DNA from: Longimicrobiales bacterium
GTDB lineage: Bacteria > Gemmatimonadota > Gemmatimonadetes > Longimicrobiales > Gaopeijiaceae
Length of the DNA: 64,000 bases
Assembly: GCA_965204735.1 (NCBI GenBank)
Contig: OZ242008.1
Location: 1,728,001 to 1,792,000, forward strand
Direction: 5' to 3'
A program made the translations under genes and the position numbers. Below the pieces are notes generated by a model that saw only the letters and a program-made list of their open reading frames with translations, made no database searches and was not told where the DNA came from. Below are positions 1-9,335 of this stretch, in pieces (position 1 is the first letter of the stretch; every line of letters starts with the position of its first letter).

Positions 1-2
1 AG

Positions 3-839
3 CTCGAAGACCGCAAGGTGGAGATCGACATCCAGCACGCCCCTTCCATGGAGGGGATGATGTTTCCCGTCGGCGGCATGGAGGGAGTGGACGTCAACTT
101 CACCGAGATGCTCCAGGACATGCTTCCCAAGCGCACGAAGCGCCGCGCCGTCACCATCGGCGAGGCCAGGCGCATCCTCCTCCAGGAAGAGCTGGACCGC
201 CTGGTGGACATGGACGAGGTGGTGAACGAAGCGATGGACCGGGCCGAAGAGATCGGCATCGTCTTCCTGGACGAGTTGGACAAGGTGGCCGGCGTGCGCG
301 CCGGCACGGGTCCCGACGTGAGCCGGGAAGGGGTCCAGCGGGACCTGCTTCCCATCGTCGAGGGCTCCAACGTCCAGACGCGCTACGGGATGGTCCGCAC
401 CGACCACATGCTCTTCATCGCCGCCGGGGCGTTTCACGTCTCCAAGCCTTCGGACCTGATCCCCGAGCTTCAGGGGCGCTTCCCCATCCGGGTGGAGCTG
501 AAGAGCCTCGGCGCGCCCGAGTTCGTCCGCATCCTCCAGGAGCCGCAGAACGCCTTGGTCCGACAGTACCGGGCGCTCGTGGAGACCGAGGGCGCGTCGC
601 TGAAGTTCACCGCCGGCGGGATCCAGGAGATCGCCCGGATCGCCGCCGACCTCAACGACCGGCTGGAGAACATCGGGGCCCGCCGGCTCCGCACCGTCCT
701 CACCAACCTCCTGGAAGACATGATGTACGGCCTTCCCGACGAGGGCCGCGGCGACGAAGTGGTCGTCTCCAAGGCGTTCGTCAAGAAGCGGCTCGAGAAG
801 GTCGCTTCCGACGACGACCTCAGCCGCTACATCCTCTGA
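3..839 (+). CDS. hslU: ATP-dependent protease ATPase subunit HslU (5'-truncated by window)
   Basis: Motifs GIVFLDELDK, DVSREGVQRDLLP, LIPELQGRFPIRVEL, ENIGARRL and C-terminal DLSRYIL. Confidence 0.97.
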   Translation, partial: LEDRKVEIDIQHAPSMEGMMFPVGGMEGVDVNFTEMLQDMLPKRTKRRAVTIGEARRILLQEELDRLVDMDEVVNEAMDRAEEIGIVFLDELDKVAGVRAGTGPDVSREGVQRDLLPIVEGSNVQTRYGMVRTDHMLFIAAGAFHVSKPSDLIPELQGRFPIRVELKSLGAPEFVRILQEPQNALVRQYRALVETEGASLKFTAGGIQEIARIAADLNDRLENIGARRLRTVLTNLLEDMMYGLPDEGRGDEVVVSKAFVKKRLEKVASDDDLSRYIL

Positions 840-843
840 TCCC

Positions 844-1884
844 GTGACGTCTCGACCCGCCGGCAACGTTCCCGCCAGCCCCGGCCGTCGCCCAAGGCCC
901 GCCCGTCGGCCTCGGCGCGCCGCCTGCGGTCTTGCTGCCGGACGCGACGCCCGCTCGGCTCGCCCCGAAGCGCCTGCCGACTTCCTCGACCTGTCCGACC
1001 ACGACGCCGACGGCCTCCGCGCCGTTCTGAGCGACGCGGCGCGCCTCAAGTCCGGCGAACTCTCGGGCCCGCTCCTGGCCGGTCGCACCCTTGCCATGAT
1101 CTTCCGCAAGAGTTCGACCCGCACCCGCGTCAGCGCGGAAGTCGGCATGACCCAGCTCGGGGGCCACGCCGTCATGATCTCGGACCACGACTCGCAGATG
1201 GGAAGGGGCGAGAGCGTGGCCGACACGGCCAAGGTGCTGAGCTGCTACGTGGACGCCATCCTCGTCCGCACCTTCGCCCACGAGGAGCTCCTGGAGTTCG
1301 CCCGCGAGGCCGCGGCGCCGGTGGTGAACGGCCTCACCGACCTGCTCCATCCCTGCCAGGTGATGGCCGACCTTCTCACCGCCGCCGAAGAGTTCGGACC
1401 CTCTCTCGACGAGCTGCGGGTGGCTTGGATCGGGGACGGCAACAACATGGCCAACTCGTGGCTCAACGCCGCCGCCCGCCTTGGCTTCTCCCTCCGGCTC
1501 GCCTGCCCGGAAGGCTACGAGCCGGACCCGGCGATATTGGCGCGGGCCGGCCGCGAGGCGGGTGCGGAGCTGGTCCGCGACCCGGCCGAAGCCGCGGCCG
1601 GCGCCCACGTGGTGACGACCGACGTGTGGGCGTCGATGGGCCAGGAAGACGAGGCGACGGCCCGCCGAACGGCGTTCTCCGGCTACCGCGTGGACGACGC
1701 GCTCATGCGCCGGGCCGATCCGACTGCCGTCTTCCTCCACTGCCTTCCCGCGCATCGGGGCGAGGAGGTGACGGCGTCCGTCGTCGACGGCCCCCGCTCC
1801 CGCGTCCTCCGGGAAGCAGAGAACCGACTGCACGTGATCAAGGCCGTTCTGCTGGCCTTGATCGACCCGTCCGCTCGATCGTGA
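844..1884 (+). CDS. argF: Ornithine carbamoyltransferase
   Basis: SSTRT carbamoyl-phosphate motif, HPCQ, DVWASMG, FLHCLP. The first ~45 aa are low-complexity, so the start is uncertain. Confidence 0.93.
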   Translation: MTSRPAGNVPASPGRRPRPARRPRRAACGLAAGRDARSARPEAPADFLDLSDHDADGLRAVLSDAARLKSGELSGPLLAGRTLAMIFRKSSTRTRVSAEVGMTQLGGHAVMISDHDSQMGRGESVADTAKVLSCYVDAILVRTFAHEELLEFAREAAAPVVNGLTDLLHPCQVMADLLTAAEEFGPSLDELRVAWIGDGNNMANSWLNAAARLGFSLRLACPEGYEPDPAILARAGREAGAELVRDPAEAAAGAHVVTTDVWASMGQEDEATARRTAFSGYRVDDALMRRADPTAVFLHCLPAHRGEEVTASVVDGPRSRVLREAENRLHVIKAVLLALIDPSARS

Positions 1885-1921
1885 TCACCCGTCCGCCCGC
1901 CGCCACAGGGAACGCGAAGCG

Positions 1922-3037
1922 ATGGCCCCGCCCCTGATCCGCACCCCGCTTCACGACGTCCATTCGTCGCTGGGCGCCAAGATGGTTCCCTTCGCCGGCT
2001 ACGAGATGCCGATCCAGTACCCCGGCGGCATCCGCGCCGAGCACGCCGCCGTGCGCACCGCCGCCGGCCTCTTCGACGTGTCCCACATGGGCGAGTTCAC
2101 GGTCCGCGGCTCCGATGCCGCCGACTTCGTGCAGCGCCTGACCGTGAACGACGTGTCCAGGGTCGTGCCCGGCCAAGCCCAGTACTCGGCGATCTGCGAC
2201 GAAGCCGGACGGGTGCTGGACGACCTTCTGGTCTACCGCTTCGACGACCGCTTCGTCCTGGTGGTCAACGCAAGCAACCGCCGCAAGGACTGGGAGTGGT
2301 GCCAGCGGCACGCCGGCCCCTTCGACGTGGAGCTCTCGGACGACTCCGACGAGATCGCCCTCGTGGCCTTGCAGGGGCCTTCGGCGCAGAAGATCCTGGC
2401 GCCCCTCGCGACCGGGCGCGACGCCCTCTCCGACATCGGCTACTACCGCTTCGCACAGGGGGCCGTGGCCGGTGTGGACGCGGTGATCAGCCGCACGGGC
2501 TACACCGGCGAGGACGGCTTCGAGCTCTACGTCCCGGCCGGCGGCGCCGAGAGGGTGTGGCGCGCCGTTCAGGAGGCCGGCGAGCCCCACGGCTTGGTCC
2601 CCGCCGGCCTGGGAGCACGGGACTCGCTGCGCCTCGAGGTCGGCTACGCGCTGTACGGGAACGACCTGGGCGAGGAGCACACCGCCATCGAGTCCGGGCT
2701 GAGCTGGATCGTGAAGCTCGACGCCGGCGACTTCGTGGGCCGCGAAGCGCTGGCCGCCGAGAAGGCCCGGGGCCCCGCGCGCCGCCTGGTGGGGATCCGC
2801 CTTCTGGAACGGGGTTTTCCGCGACCCGGCTACCCCCTCGTGCACGAGGGCGAGGACGTGGGCGTCGTGACTTCGGGCGTGGCCAGCCCGACCTTGGGCT
2901 GCGGCGTCGCCCTGGGCTACCTGCCTGCCGAGGCGGCCCGTCCCGGCACCGACGTGGGCGTCCGCATTCGGGGCCGGGTGGTGGCCGGACGCACCCAGAG
3001 GCCGCCCTTCTACACCGAGGGCTCGATCCGCAGGTAG
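1922..3037 (+). CDS. gcvT: Glycine cleavage system aminomethyltransferase T
   Basis: RTPLHD..GAKMVPFAGYEMP, GLFDVSHMGE, SRTGYTGEDGFE, GLGARDSLRLE. Confidence 0.96.
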   Translation: MAPPLIRTPLHDVHSSLGAKMVPFAGYEMPIQYPGGIRAEHAAVRTAAGLFDVSHMGEFTVRGSDAADFVQRLTVNDVSRVVPGQAQYSAICDEAGRVLDDLLVYRFDDRFVLVVNASNRRKDWEWCQRHAGPFDVELSDDSDEIALVALQGPSAQKILAPLATGRDALSDIGYYRFAQGAVAGVDAVISRTGYTGEDGFELYVPAGGAERVWRAVQEAGEPHGLVPAGLGARDSLRLEVGYALYGNDLGEEHTAIESGLSWIVKLDAGDFVGREALAAEKARGPARRLVGIRLLERGFPRPGYPLVHEGEDVGVVTSGVASPTLGCGVALGYLPAEAARPGTDVGVRIRGRVVAGRTQRPPFYTEGSIRR

Positions 3038-3060
3038 CCCTCCAAGCCCGCGAACGCGCC

Positions 3061-4848
3061 ATGGCGGAGTCCGTCCTTCTCACCACCCACGACCTGCCCC
3101 TGGCGGGCAAGTTGCGCGCGGGCTTCCGCAGAGCCGGGTACCGAGTGGAGCTCCTGGCCAAGGGCGAGGACCCTTCCTACGTGGACGACGCGACGCTCCT
3201 GGTCGTCACCGGCGGACTCGACGAGCCGACAGGGGACGCCTCGAGCGATCGGGAGTCCGCCTCCGCCCAAGCTCGCCGCACCGTCCTCCAGGGCCGGACG
3301 ATGGGCGTTCCGGTCTTCGTGGTCGGCGGCCGTTCCGGGGCGCCTCTCCCGGAGGGGGCTGCGGCGGCTTTCCCGCAGCCGGCCGACGCCGACGAGATCG
3401 TGCTGGTGGGCCGTCGCGCCGTCGAGCGGAGGCGGCTGCGCGAGGCGACCGGAATCGTGGGCGAGACCGACGCCATGGTGGAGGTGCTGGAGCGGATCGT
3501 CCAGATCGCCCCCGTGGACGCCACCGTCCTCGTCACGGGCGAGTCGGGAACCGGCAAGGAGCTAGTGGCCAGGGGCCTCCACGCCCTCTCCCGCCGTCGC
3601 CACAACTCCTTCATCCCGGTCAACATGGCCGCCCTCCCCGAGTCCATCCTGGAGAGCGAGCTCTTCGGTCACGAGAAGGGGGCGTTCACGGGGGCCGTGG
3701 ATTCGCGAAGGGGCATCTTCGAGCTGGCCGACGGCGGCACCGTCTTCCTCGACGAGATCGGCGAGATGCCCCTCCAGACCCAGACCAAGCTCCTCCGCGT
3801 GCTGGAGCAGCAGGAGTTCCTCCGCGTGGGCGGCCAGAAGCCGATCCAGGTCAACGTCCGCATCCTGGCCGCCACAAACCAGCGCTTGCCCGAGCGCGTG
3901 GCCGCCGGCGAGTTCCGCAAGGACCTCTACTACCGCCTCAACGTCCTCCACATCTCCTTGCCCCCCCTTCGCGACCGGTCCGAGGACATCCCTCTCCTCG
4001 TGGCCGCCTTCGTCGCCGACGCCAGCAAGCGCCACGACCGGGGTCCCTTCCAGGGAATCTCCGGCGAGGCGATGCGCATCCTCGTCCGGCACCGCTGGCC
4101 CGGCAACGTGCGGGAACTCCGCAACTTGGTCGAGAGCATGGTGGTGCTCGCGCCCGGCAAGAAGATCCGCGCCGAGGACATCCCGGCCGACGTGCGCGCG
4201 GGCGAAGGCTCCAAGGCCCTGGTCCACGCCTCGACCCCGGCGGCAGGCCCCGCCAGGGCAGACGCTTTGGGCTTGCGGCCCCAGTTCGAGTTCATCTTCC
4301 GCACGATGATGGAGATGAAGGTGGACATCGAGGACCTGCGGCGGGAGTTCGACGCCTTCCGCCGCGCCGAGGAAGAGGGGGCGCCCCGCCGGGCGTCGGC
4401 CGAGATCGTCTACGAACGGATCCAAGGCGGCTTGCCTGCCGAAGACGATCCCCTGGGGTCGGACCTCGCCTTCGAGGTAGACCCGGCCCCGCCGGCGAGC
4501 CCGCCGGCCGAAGCGCCGCGGCCCGACCCGGGACCCGCCGACGGCACCCCCCCCGGCCGCACAGAGCCTCCGTCCCCTCCCGAGGAAGGCCCGCTTCCCT
4601 CCGGCGCAGTCACTTACCTGCCCGGCATGACCTTGGACGACATGGAACGAGGGGTCGTGCGGGCAGCCCTGGGCAGTGTGGACGGAAACCGGCGCTTGGC
4701 GGCCGAGAGCCTGGGCATCGGCGAGCGGACCCTCTATCGCAAGATCGCCCGACTGGGCCTGGAAGAAGGGCTGAACCCGCCGGAGGGACGAGACGACGCG
4801 CCAAGCGCCGGCGAAGACGACCCGCAGGGCGGGAGGGTCGCGGGCTAG
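3061..4848 (+). CDS. Sigma-54-dependent transcriptional activator (AAA+, Fis-type HTH) with a degenerate N-terminal receiver-like domain
   Basis: GESGTGKE, ESELFGHEKGAFTGA, FLDEIGEM, WPGNVREL and C-terminal GNRRLAAESLGIGERTLYRK. Start placed at ATG 3061, after the gcvT stop; the upstream part of ORF 2296 is a shadow frame of gcvT. Confidence 0.92.
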   Translation: MAESVLLTTHDLPLAGKLRAGFRRAGYRVELLAKGEDPSYVDDATLLVVTGGLDEPTGDASSDRESASAQARRTVLQGRTMGVPVFVVGGRSGAPLPEGAAAAFPQPADADEIVLVGRRAVERRRLREATGIVGETDAMVEVLERIVQIAPVDATVLVTGESGTGKELVARGLHALSRRRHNSFIPVNMAALPESILESELFGHEKGAFTGAVDSRRGIFELADGGTVFLDEIGEMPLQTQTKLLRVLEQQEFLRVGGQKPIQVNVRILAATNQRLPERVAAGEFRKDLYYRLNVLHISLPPLRDRSEDIPLLVAAFVADASKRHDRGPFQGISGEAMRILVRHRWPGNVRELRNLVESMVVLAPGKKIRAEDIPADVRAGEGSKALVHASTPAAGPARADALGLRPQFEFIFRTMMEMKVDIEDLRREFDAFRRAEEEGAPRRASAEIVYERIQGGLPAEDDPLGSDLAFEVDPAPPASPPAEAPRPDPGPADGTPPGRTEPPSPPEEGPLPSGAVTYLPGMTLDDMERGVVRAALGSVDGNRRLAAESLGIGERTLYRKIARLGLEEGLNPPEGRDDAPSAGEDDPQGGRVAG

Positions 4849-4865
4849 GTGCTGCCAGGGGGACT

Positions 4866-5105
4866 CTAGTCCTCGCAGTCCTGCCCGTCGGCGCGGTCAA
4901 CGATCCCCTTGGAGATGTCCGCGATCAGCCAGATGATGGCGCCGGCGGCCCACGCCGTCACCGCCGACACTATCGCTTCCGGGGACGGGTCCACGACTGG
5001 TCCCACCGTCGCCGTCGCTACCGCGACGATCACTGCGCATCGAGCTCGGCGCCGATACCTTGCGACCTTCTCGACGGCTCCAGCGCTGGTATTCGATCTT
5101 GCCAT
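4866..5105 (-). CDS. Small hypothetical membrane protein
   Basis: 79-aa ORF with two hydrophobic segments filling the gap downstream of acnA on the same strand; no family recognised. Confidence 0.4.
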   Translation of the reverse strand: MARSNTSAGAVEKVARYRRRARCAVIVAVATATVGPVVDPSPEAIVSAVTAWAAGAIIWLIADISKGIVDRADGQDCED

Positions 5106-5132
5106 CGTCGTTGACCCCAATCAGGCATTAGG

Positions 5133-7970
5133 CTAGCCGGCGCCCCCCGCCGCCAGCTTCCGCAGCACCGTGTGGAGGATGCCGCCGTTGCGATAGTACT
5201 CCACCTCCACGTCCGAGTCCAGCCGGGCCGTCGCATGGAACTCGATCCGGCGCCCGTCGCTCCGGGTGGCCGTCACCGCGACCGTGCTTCGGCGCGCCAG
5301 CCCGTCGGCGACCCCGGAAATGTCGTAGCTCTCGTCCCCCGTGAGTCCCAGCGACTCGCCCCCTTCGCCCTCCGCGAACTGGAGAGGCAGCACGCCCATC
5401 CCCACCAGGTTGGAGCGGTGGATGCGCTCGTAGCTCTCGGCGATCACCGCCCTCACGCCCAGGAGCAGCGTGCCCTTGGCAGCCCAGTCTCGGGAGCTGC
5501 CTGTCCCGTACTCGCGTCCCGCGATCACGATCAGGGGCGTCCCGGCCGCTCGATAGCGCTCCGCCGCCTCGAAGACCGACACGACGTCGCCGCTGGGGAC
5601 GTGCCGCGTCCAGCCGCCCTCCTTGCCGTCGAGCAGCAGGTTGCGCAGTCGCACGTTCCCGAAGGTGCCCCGCATCATCACCTCGTGGTTGCCGCGCCGG
5701 GCGCCGAACGTGTTGAAGTGGATCGGTGTCACCCCCAGCCCCTGGAGGTACTGGCCGGCAGGCTCGTTCCTGGGAATCGCGCCGGCGGGCGAGATGTGGT
5801 CGGTGGTCACCGTCTGGCCCAGCAGGGCAAGTACCCGGGCGTCGCGCACGTCCTCGGGCGCAGGGGCCGCGGGACTCATCCCCTGGAAGAAGGGCGGGTT
5901 GCGGATGTAGGTGGATTCGGCGTCCCACTCGTAGAGGCTTCCTTCCTCCGGCAGGGGCAGGGCGCGCCAGTGCTCGTCCCCGTCGAACACCCGCCCGTAG
6001 CGCTCTCTGTACATCTCCGGCTTCAGCGACGCCGCCACAGTGTCGCGAACCTCCTCGGGGGACGGCCAGATGTCGGCCAGGAAGACCGGGGCGCCGCCGC
6101 GGTCGCGGCCCAGCGGCTCCTCCCGCAGGTCGACGTCGATCCGCCCCGCCAGCGCGAACGCCACCACCAGCATCGGCGACGCAAGGTAGTTGGCGCGCAC
6201 CAGCGTGTGGATGCGGGCCTCGTAGTTGCGGTTCCCCGACAGGATCGAAGCCACGACCAGCCCGTTCTCCTCGACGGCCTCGGCCACCGGCCCCGGCAGC
6301 GGTCCGCTGTTGCCGATGCACGTCGTGCAGCCGTAGCCGACCAGGTTGAACTTGAGCTCCTCCAGGTACCGCATGAGCCCAGCCGCCTCCAGGTAGTCCG
6401 TGACCACCTGCGAGCCCGGCGCCATGCTGGTCTTCACCCACGGCTTCGGCTCCATCCCCAGCGCCCGCGCCTTCTTCGCCATCAGTCCGGCGCCGACCAT
6501 GACGGACGGGTTGGAGGTGTTGGTGCAGCTGGTGATCGCGGCCACCACGATGCTCCCGTCGCCGAGCTCGACTCGCTCGCCGCCCATCTCGATCTCGACG
6601 GTGCGACGAGCGCCGGCCTCGGCCCGGGGCCCGGGCTCGGCCCCGTTGCCGGACGCGCTCCCGCGGCCGGACGCGCTCCGGCTGCCGAACCCCGCCGGAC
6701 GCAGCTTCGGCAGGTCCCTGGGAAACGCCCGGTCGATCTCCGTCAGCGCGATCCGGTCCTGGGGACGCTTCGGCCCCGCCAAGCTGGGCACTACGGTCGA
6801 GAGGTCCAGCTCCAGCGCGGTCGTGTACTCGGGGTCGGGGGTGTCGTCGGTGCGGAAGAGGCCCAGTTCCTTGGCCACGCGCTCCACTCGCTCGACGTGG
6901 GCCGGCTCCCGCCCCGTGCCCGCCAAGTAGCGCAGCGCTTCGTCGTCCACCGGGAAGAAGCCGACGGTGGCGCCGTACTCGGGGGACATGTTGGCCAACG
7001 TGGCCTTGTCCGGCAGGCTCAGCCCCGACAGGCCGGCCCCGTAGTATTCGACGAACCGTCCCACGACCCCGTGGGCGCGGAGCATCTCGGTCACCCGGAG
7101 GACCAGATCGGTGGCGGTCGCGCCTTCGGAGAGCGCGCCCTTGAACTTCACGCCCACCACGTCCGGCAGGAGCATGTGGTAGGGCTCCCCCAGCAGCACC
7201 GCCTCCGCCTCGATGCCGCCGACGCCCCAGCCCACCACGCCCAGCCCGTTGATCATCGTCGTGTGGGAGTCGGTCCCGACCACCGTGTCCGGGTAGGCCA
7301 GCGCACCGCCTCCGTGTTCTCGCCGGTGCACCACCGACGCCAAGTACTCCAGGTTGACCTGGTGCACGATTCCCGTGCCCGGGGGCACGACCCGATAGTT
7401 CTCGAAGGCTTCCTGAGCCCAGCGGAGCAGGGCGTAGCGCTCCCGGTTGCGCTCGTACTCTCGGGCCACGTTCTTCTCGAAGGCGTAGCCGGTCCCGAAG
7501 AAGTCCACCTGCACCGAGTGGTCGATCACGAGATCGGCCGGGACGCGGGGGTTGATGCGCCGCGGGTCGCCGCCCATCGCCCGGATGCCGTCCCGCATCG
7601 AAGCCAGGTCCACGATCGCGGGCACGCCCGTGAAGTCCTGAAGAACAACCCGCGTGGGCATGAACGGGAAGTCGGGGCGGGGACCGTCGGGGTCCCAGGA
7701 AGCGACCGCTTCCACGTCCTCGGGCGAGACGTGACCGTCGCCCTCGTTGCGCAGCACGTTCTCCAGCAGGACGCGGATCGAGAACGGAAGGCGGTCGAGC
7801 GAGGGAACGACGCCGCTCTCCTCCAGGCGCGCCAAGCGAAAGCAGGACGTGCGGCCTTCCGCCAGCTCGACGGTGGCGAGGGCGCCGAATGGATCGGTGA
7901 GACTTGGCACGGCGGAGTCGACTCCTGGCCCAGAGGAACGTTGCGAAGGCTCGGATTGAAACGTAGCCAC
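5133..7970 (-). CDS. acnA: Aconitate hydratase A
   Basis: RVVLQDFTGVP, DLVIDHSVQVD, GIVHQVNLE, VGTDSHTTM, AITSCTNTSNP, GYGCTTCIGNSG, TTDHISPAG, YGTGSSRDWAAKG. Confidence 0.97.
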   Translation of the reverse strand: MATFQSEPSQRSSGPGVDSAVPSLTDPFGALATVELAEGRTSCFRLARLEESGVVPSLDRLPFSIRVLLENVLRNEGDGHVSPEDVEAVASWDPDGPRPDFPFMPTRVVLQDFTGVPAIVDLASMRDGIRAMGGDPRRINPRVPADLVIDHSVQVDFFGTGYAFEKNVAREYERNRERYALLRWAQEAFENYRVVPPGTGIVHQVNLEYLASVVHRREHGGGALAYPDTVVGTDSHTTMINGLGVVGWGVGGIEAEAVLLGEPYHMLLPDVVGVKFKGALSEGATATDLVLRVTEMLRAHGVVGRFVEYYGAGLSGLSLPDKATLANMSPEYGATVGFFPVDDEALRYLAGTGREPAHVERVERVAKELGLFRTDDTPDPEYTTALELDLSTVVPSLAGPKRPQDRIALTEIDRAFPRDLPKLRPAGFGSRSASGRGSASGNGAEPGPRAEAGARRTVEIEMGGERVELGDGSIVVAAITSCTNTSNPSVMVGAGLMAKKARALGMEPKPWVKTSMAPGSQVVTDYLEAAGLMRYLEELKFNLVGYGCTTCIGNSGPLPGPVAEAVEENGLVVASILSGNRNYEARIHTLVRANYLASPMLVVAFALAGRIDVDLREEPLGRDRGGAPVFLADIWPSPEEVRDTVAASLKPEMYRERYGRVFDGDEHWRALPLPEEGSLYEWDAESTYIRNPPFFQGMSPAAPAPEDVRDARVLALLGQTVTTDHISPAGAIPRNEPAGQYLQGLGVTPIHFNTFGARRGNHEVMMRGTFGNVRLRNLLLDGKEGGWTRHVPSGDVVSVFEAAERYRAAGTPLIVIAGREYGTGSSRDWAAKGTLLLGVRAVIAESYERIHRSNLVGMGVLPLQFAEGEGGESLGLTGDESYDISGVADGLARRSTVAVTATRSDGRRIEFHATARLDSDVEVEYYRNGGILHTVLRKLAAGGAG

Positions 7971-8082
7971 CAGCGAGTGACACAGTGGCGCGGGACGGCC
8001 CCGATCTCAAGGCCATCCCGCCCGTCTCCAAAGCGTCCCGACACCTGCCGGTCGGCCGACTTTACGGACCGGTTCGCCCGCG

Positions 8083-8661
8083 CTAGACTTCCCCTTCCAC
8101 AGCGAGCCGAGGTGGCGGAACCGGTAGACGCGAAGGTCTCAAAAACCTTTGCCCTTGCGGGCGTGAGGGTTCGAGTCCCTCCCTCGGCACTTGGGACGAC
8201 GGGGCCGGCCTGCTGTCCCGCTCGACCCCGGGCGTGCCCGTGCCCGCAACCGGCGCCTCGCCCTGCGACGGGGCAAGCCCCGGCGGCCGCTCGGCGGCTT
8301 CGTCTTCGAGCGCTCCCTGGAGACGCGCCGTCCGCAGCTCGCTGATCTGCGCTTGAAGTCGCTCCTCCATGGCGGCCATGTCCTGTCGCAGTCCCTGCTC
8401 CATGGCGGCCATGTCCTGCCTCAGCCGCTCCTCCATGGCGCGGAGCTCGCCCAGGAAGACGCTCATGAGGATGCCCAGCACGCCTCCGAAAGCGACCACG
8501 ACCGAAAGCACGACGCCCACTGGGCTGTTCATGACCTGCCATGCCGTGGTCCAGGTATTCTTCGTTCCAGGGCGCACCGGGACGGGTGGGGGCTCGTCCT
8601 GCGCAGCCCGCACGGTTCCGGTCGACACTCCTTCGGACAGTCCACCGTACATGGTTCCCAT
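8083..8661 (-). CDS. Hypothetical membrane-anchored coiled-coil protein with 11-residue repeats; 3' end runs antisense through tRNA-Leu
   Basis: GGAGG-type RBS before ATG 8661; TM segment VVLSVVVAFGGVLGILMSVFL followed by (AMEERLRQDMA)n repeats. Confidence 0.6.
   Translation of the reverse strand: MGTMYGGLSEGVSTGTVRAAQDEPPPVPVRPGTKNTWTTAWQVMNSPVGVVLSVVVAFGGVLGILMSVFLGELRAMEERLRQDMAAMEQGLRQDMAAMEERLQAQISELRTARLQGALEDEAAERPPGLAPSQGEAPVAGTGTPGVERDSRPAPSSQVPREGLEPSRPQGQRFLRPSRLPVPPPRLAVEGEV
8106..8189 (+). tRNA. tRNA-Leu (anticodon CAA)
   Basis: Acceptor stem GCCGAGG/CCTCGGC, D-loop GGTA, anticodon arm AAGGT-CTCAAAA-ACCTT, long variable arm, T-arm GAGGG-TTCGAGT-CCCTC, discriminator A. CCA is not encoded. 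Confidence 0.96.
8358..8440. repeat. 33-bp tandem repeat, about 2.5 copies (coding)
   Basis: Core CTCCATGGCGGCCATGTCCTG recurs at a 33-nt period (units 8358-8390, 8391-8423, partial 8424-8440). Confidence 0.85.
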
Positions 8662-8848
8662 TCGGCTCCTCCCTCTCCCCCTCGGTTAGGAATATCGGCG
8701 CGACGCCCCCGCCCTCGCAAGGTCATCAGGCGCGCGCCCAAGGCTCGGACCTTAAGGTTGAGCTCCCACAACGGGCGTTTCCATGTACGGATCGGCCAGA
8801 TTTCGGCTAGTCGGAGCAGTGCCGACGGAGACATGGGCGTCGGCGAAG

Positions 8849-8885
8849 TTGACCGCCATTCCATGAGTGTGTATAATACACACTC
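8849..8885 (+). promoter_or_regulatory. Sigma-70 promoter of hicB with an overlapping palindromic operator
   Basis: TTGACC (8849-8854), 17-bp spacer, TATAAT (8872-8877); perfect inverted repeat GAGTGTGTAT-A-ATACACACTC (8865-8885). Confidence 0.85.
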
Positions 8886-8924
8886 GTCGATCTCGGCTCA
8901 GTGCGCCTTATGGGAAGACTCGCC

Positions 8925-9335
8925 ATGCGATTCGCCGTCGTCATCCACAAGGACCCGTGCAGCTGCTACGGGGTCACCGTGCCTGGGCTGCCCGGGTGCT
9001 TCTCCGCCGGGGAGACGGTCGACGAAGCCGTCGAGTCCGCTTCGGAGGCCATTGCGTGCCACGTCGAGGGCATGCTGATGGACGGGGAAGCGGTCCCCGA
9101 GCAGCCGTCCCTGGAAGATCTCCAGGCGAGCGACGACTTCGCCGGCGGCGCCTGGGCCCTCGTGAACGTCGATCTGTCGAAGCTGACCAGCGAAACCAAG
9201 CGCGTGAACATCACGATGCCGGCCCGAGTGCTGGCGATCGTGGACGAGGCGGCCGTCAGGGAAGGCGACACGAGGTCGGGCTACTTGGCCCGAGCGGCGC
9301 TCAGCTACCTGAAGGACCGCCAGCCCGTCGGTTGA
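8925..9335 (+). CDS. hicB: HicB-family antitoxin (partial RNase H fold plus RHH)
   Basis: MRFAVVIHKD..YGVTVPGLPGCFSAGETVDEA and C-terminal KRVNITMP..VDEAA..TRSGYLARAA. Confidence 0.92.
   Translation: MRFAVVIHKDPCSCYGVTVPGLPGCFSAGETVDEAVESASEAIACHVEGMLMDGEAVPEQPSLEDLQASDDFAGGAWALVNVDLSKLTSETKRVNITMPARVLAIVDEAAVREGDTRSGYLARAALSYLKDRQPVG

Noticed and set aside
2296..3060. N-terminal extension or gcvT fusion of the sigma-54 activator
   Set aside because: It is an off-frame overlap of gcvT; a plausible ATG lies at 3061.
5128..8345. Very long alternative-frame ORFs (e.g. 5172-8345 +, 5128-8031 -, and similar ones at 9385-11667, 35429-37918, 52928-55489)
   Set aside because: Shadow ORFs of real genes in high-GC DNA; Arg/Pro/Gly-rich or antisense-pattern translations with no motifs.
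8661..8686. Possible attR copy of the tRNA-Leu 3' end
   Set aside because: Only loose pyrimidine-rich similarity, better explained as the minus-strand RBS; no integrase in the window.
8690..8924. hicA toxin or remnant upstream of hicB
   Set aside because: No frame shows the HicA GSH motif, and the promoter sits directly before hicB.
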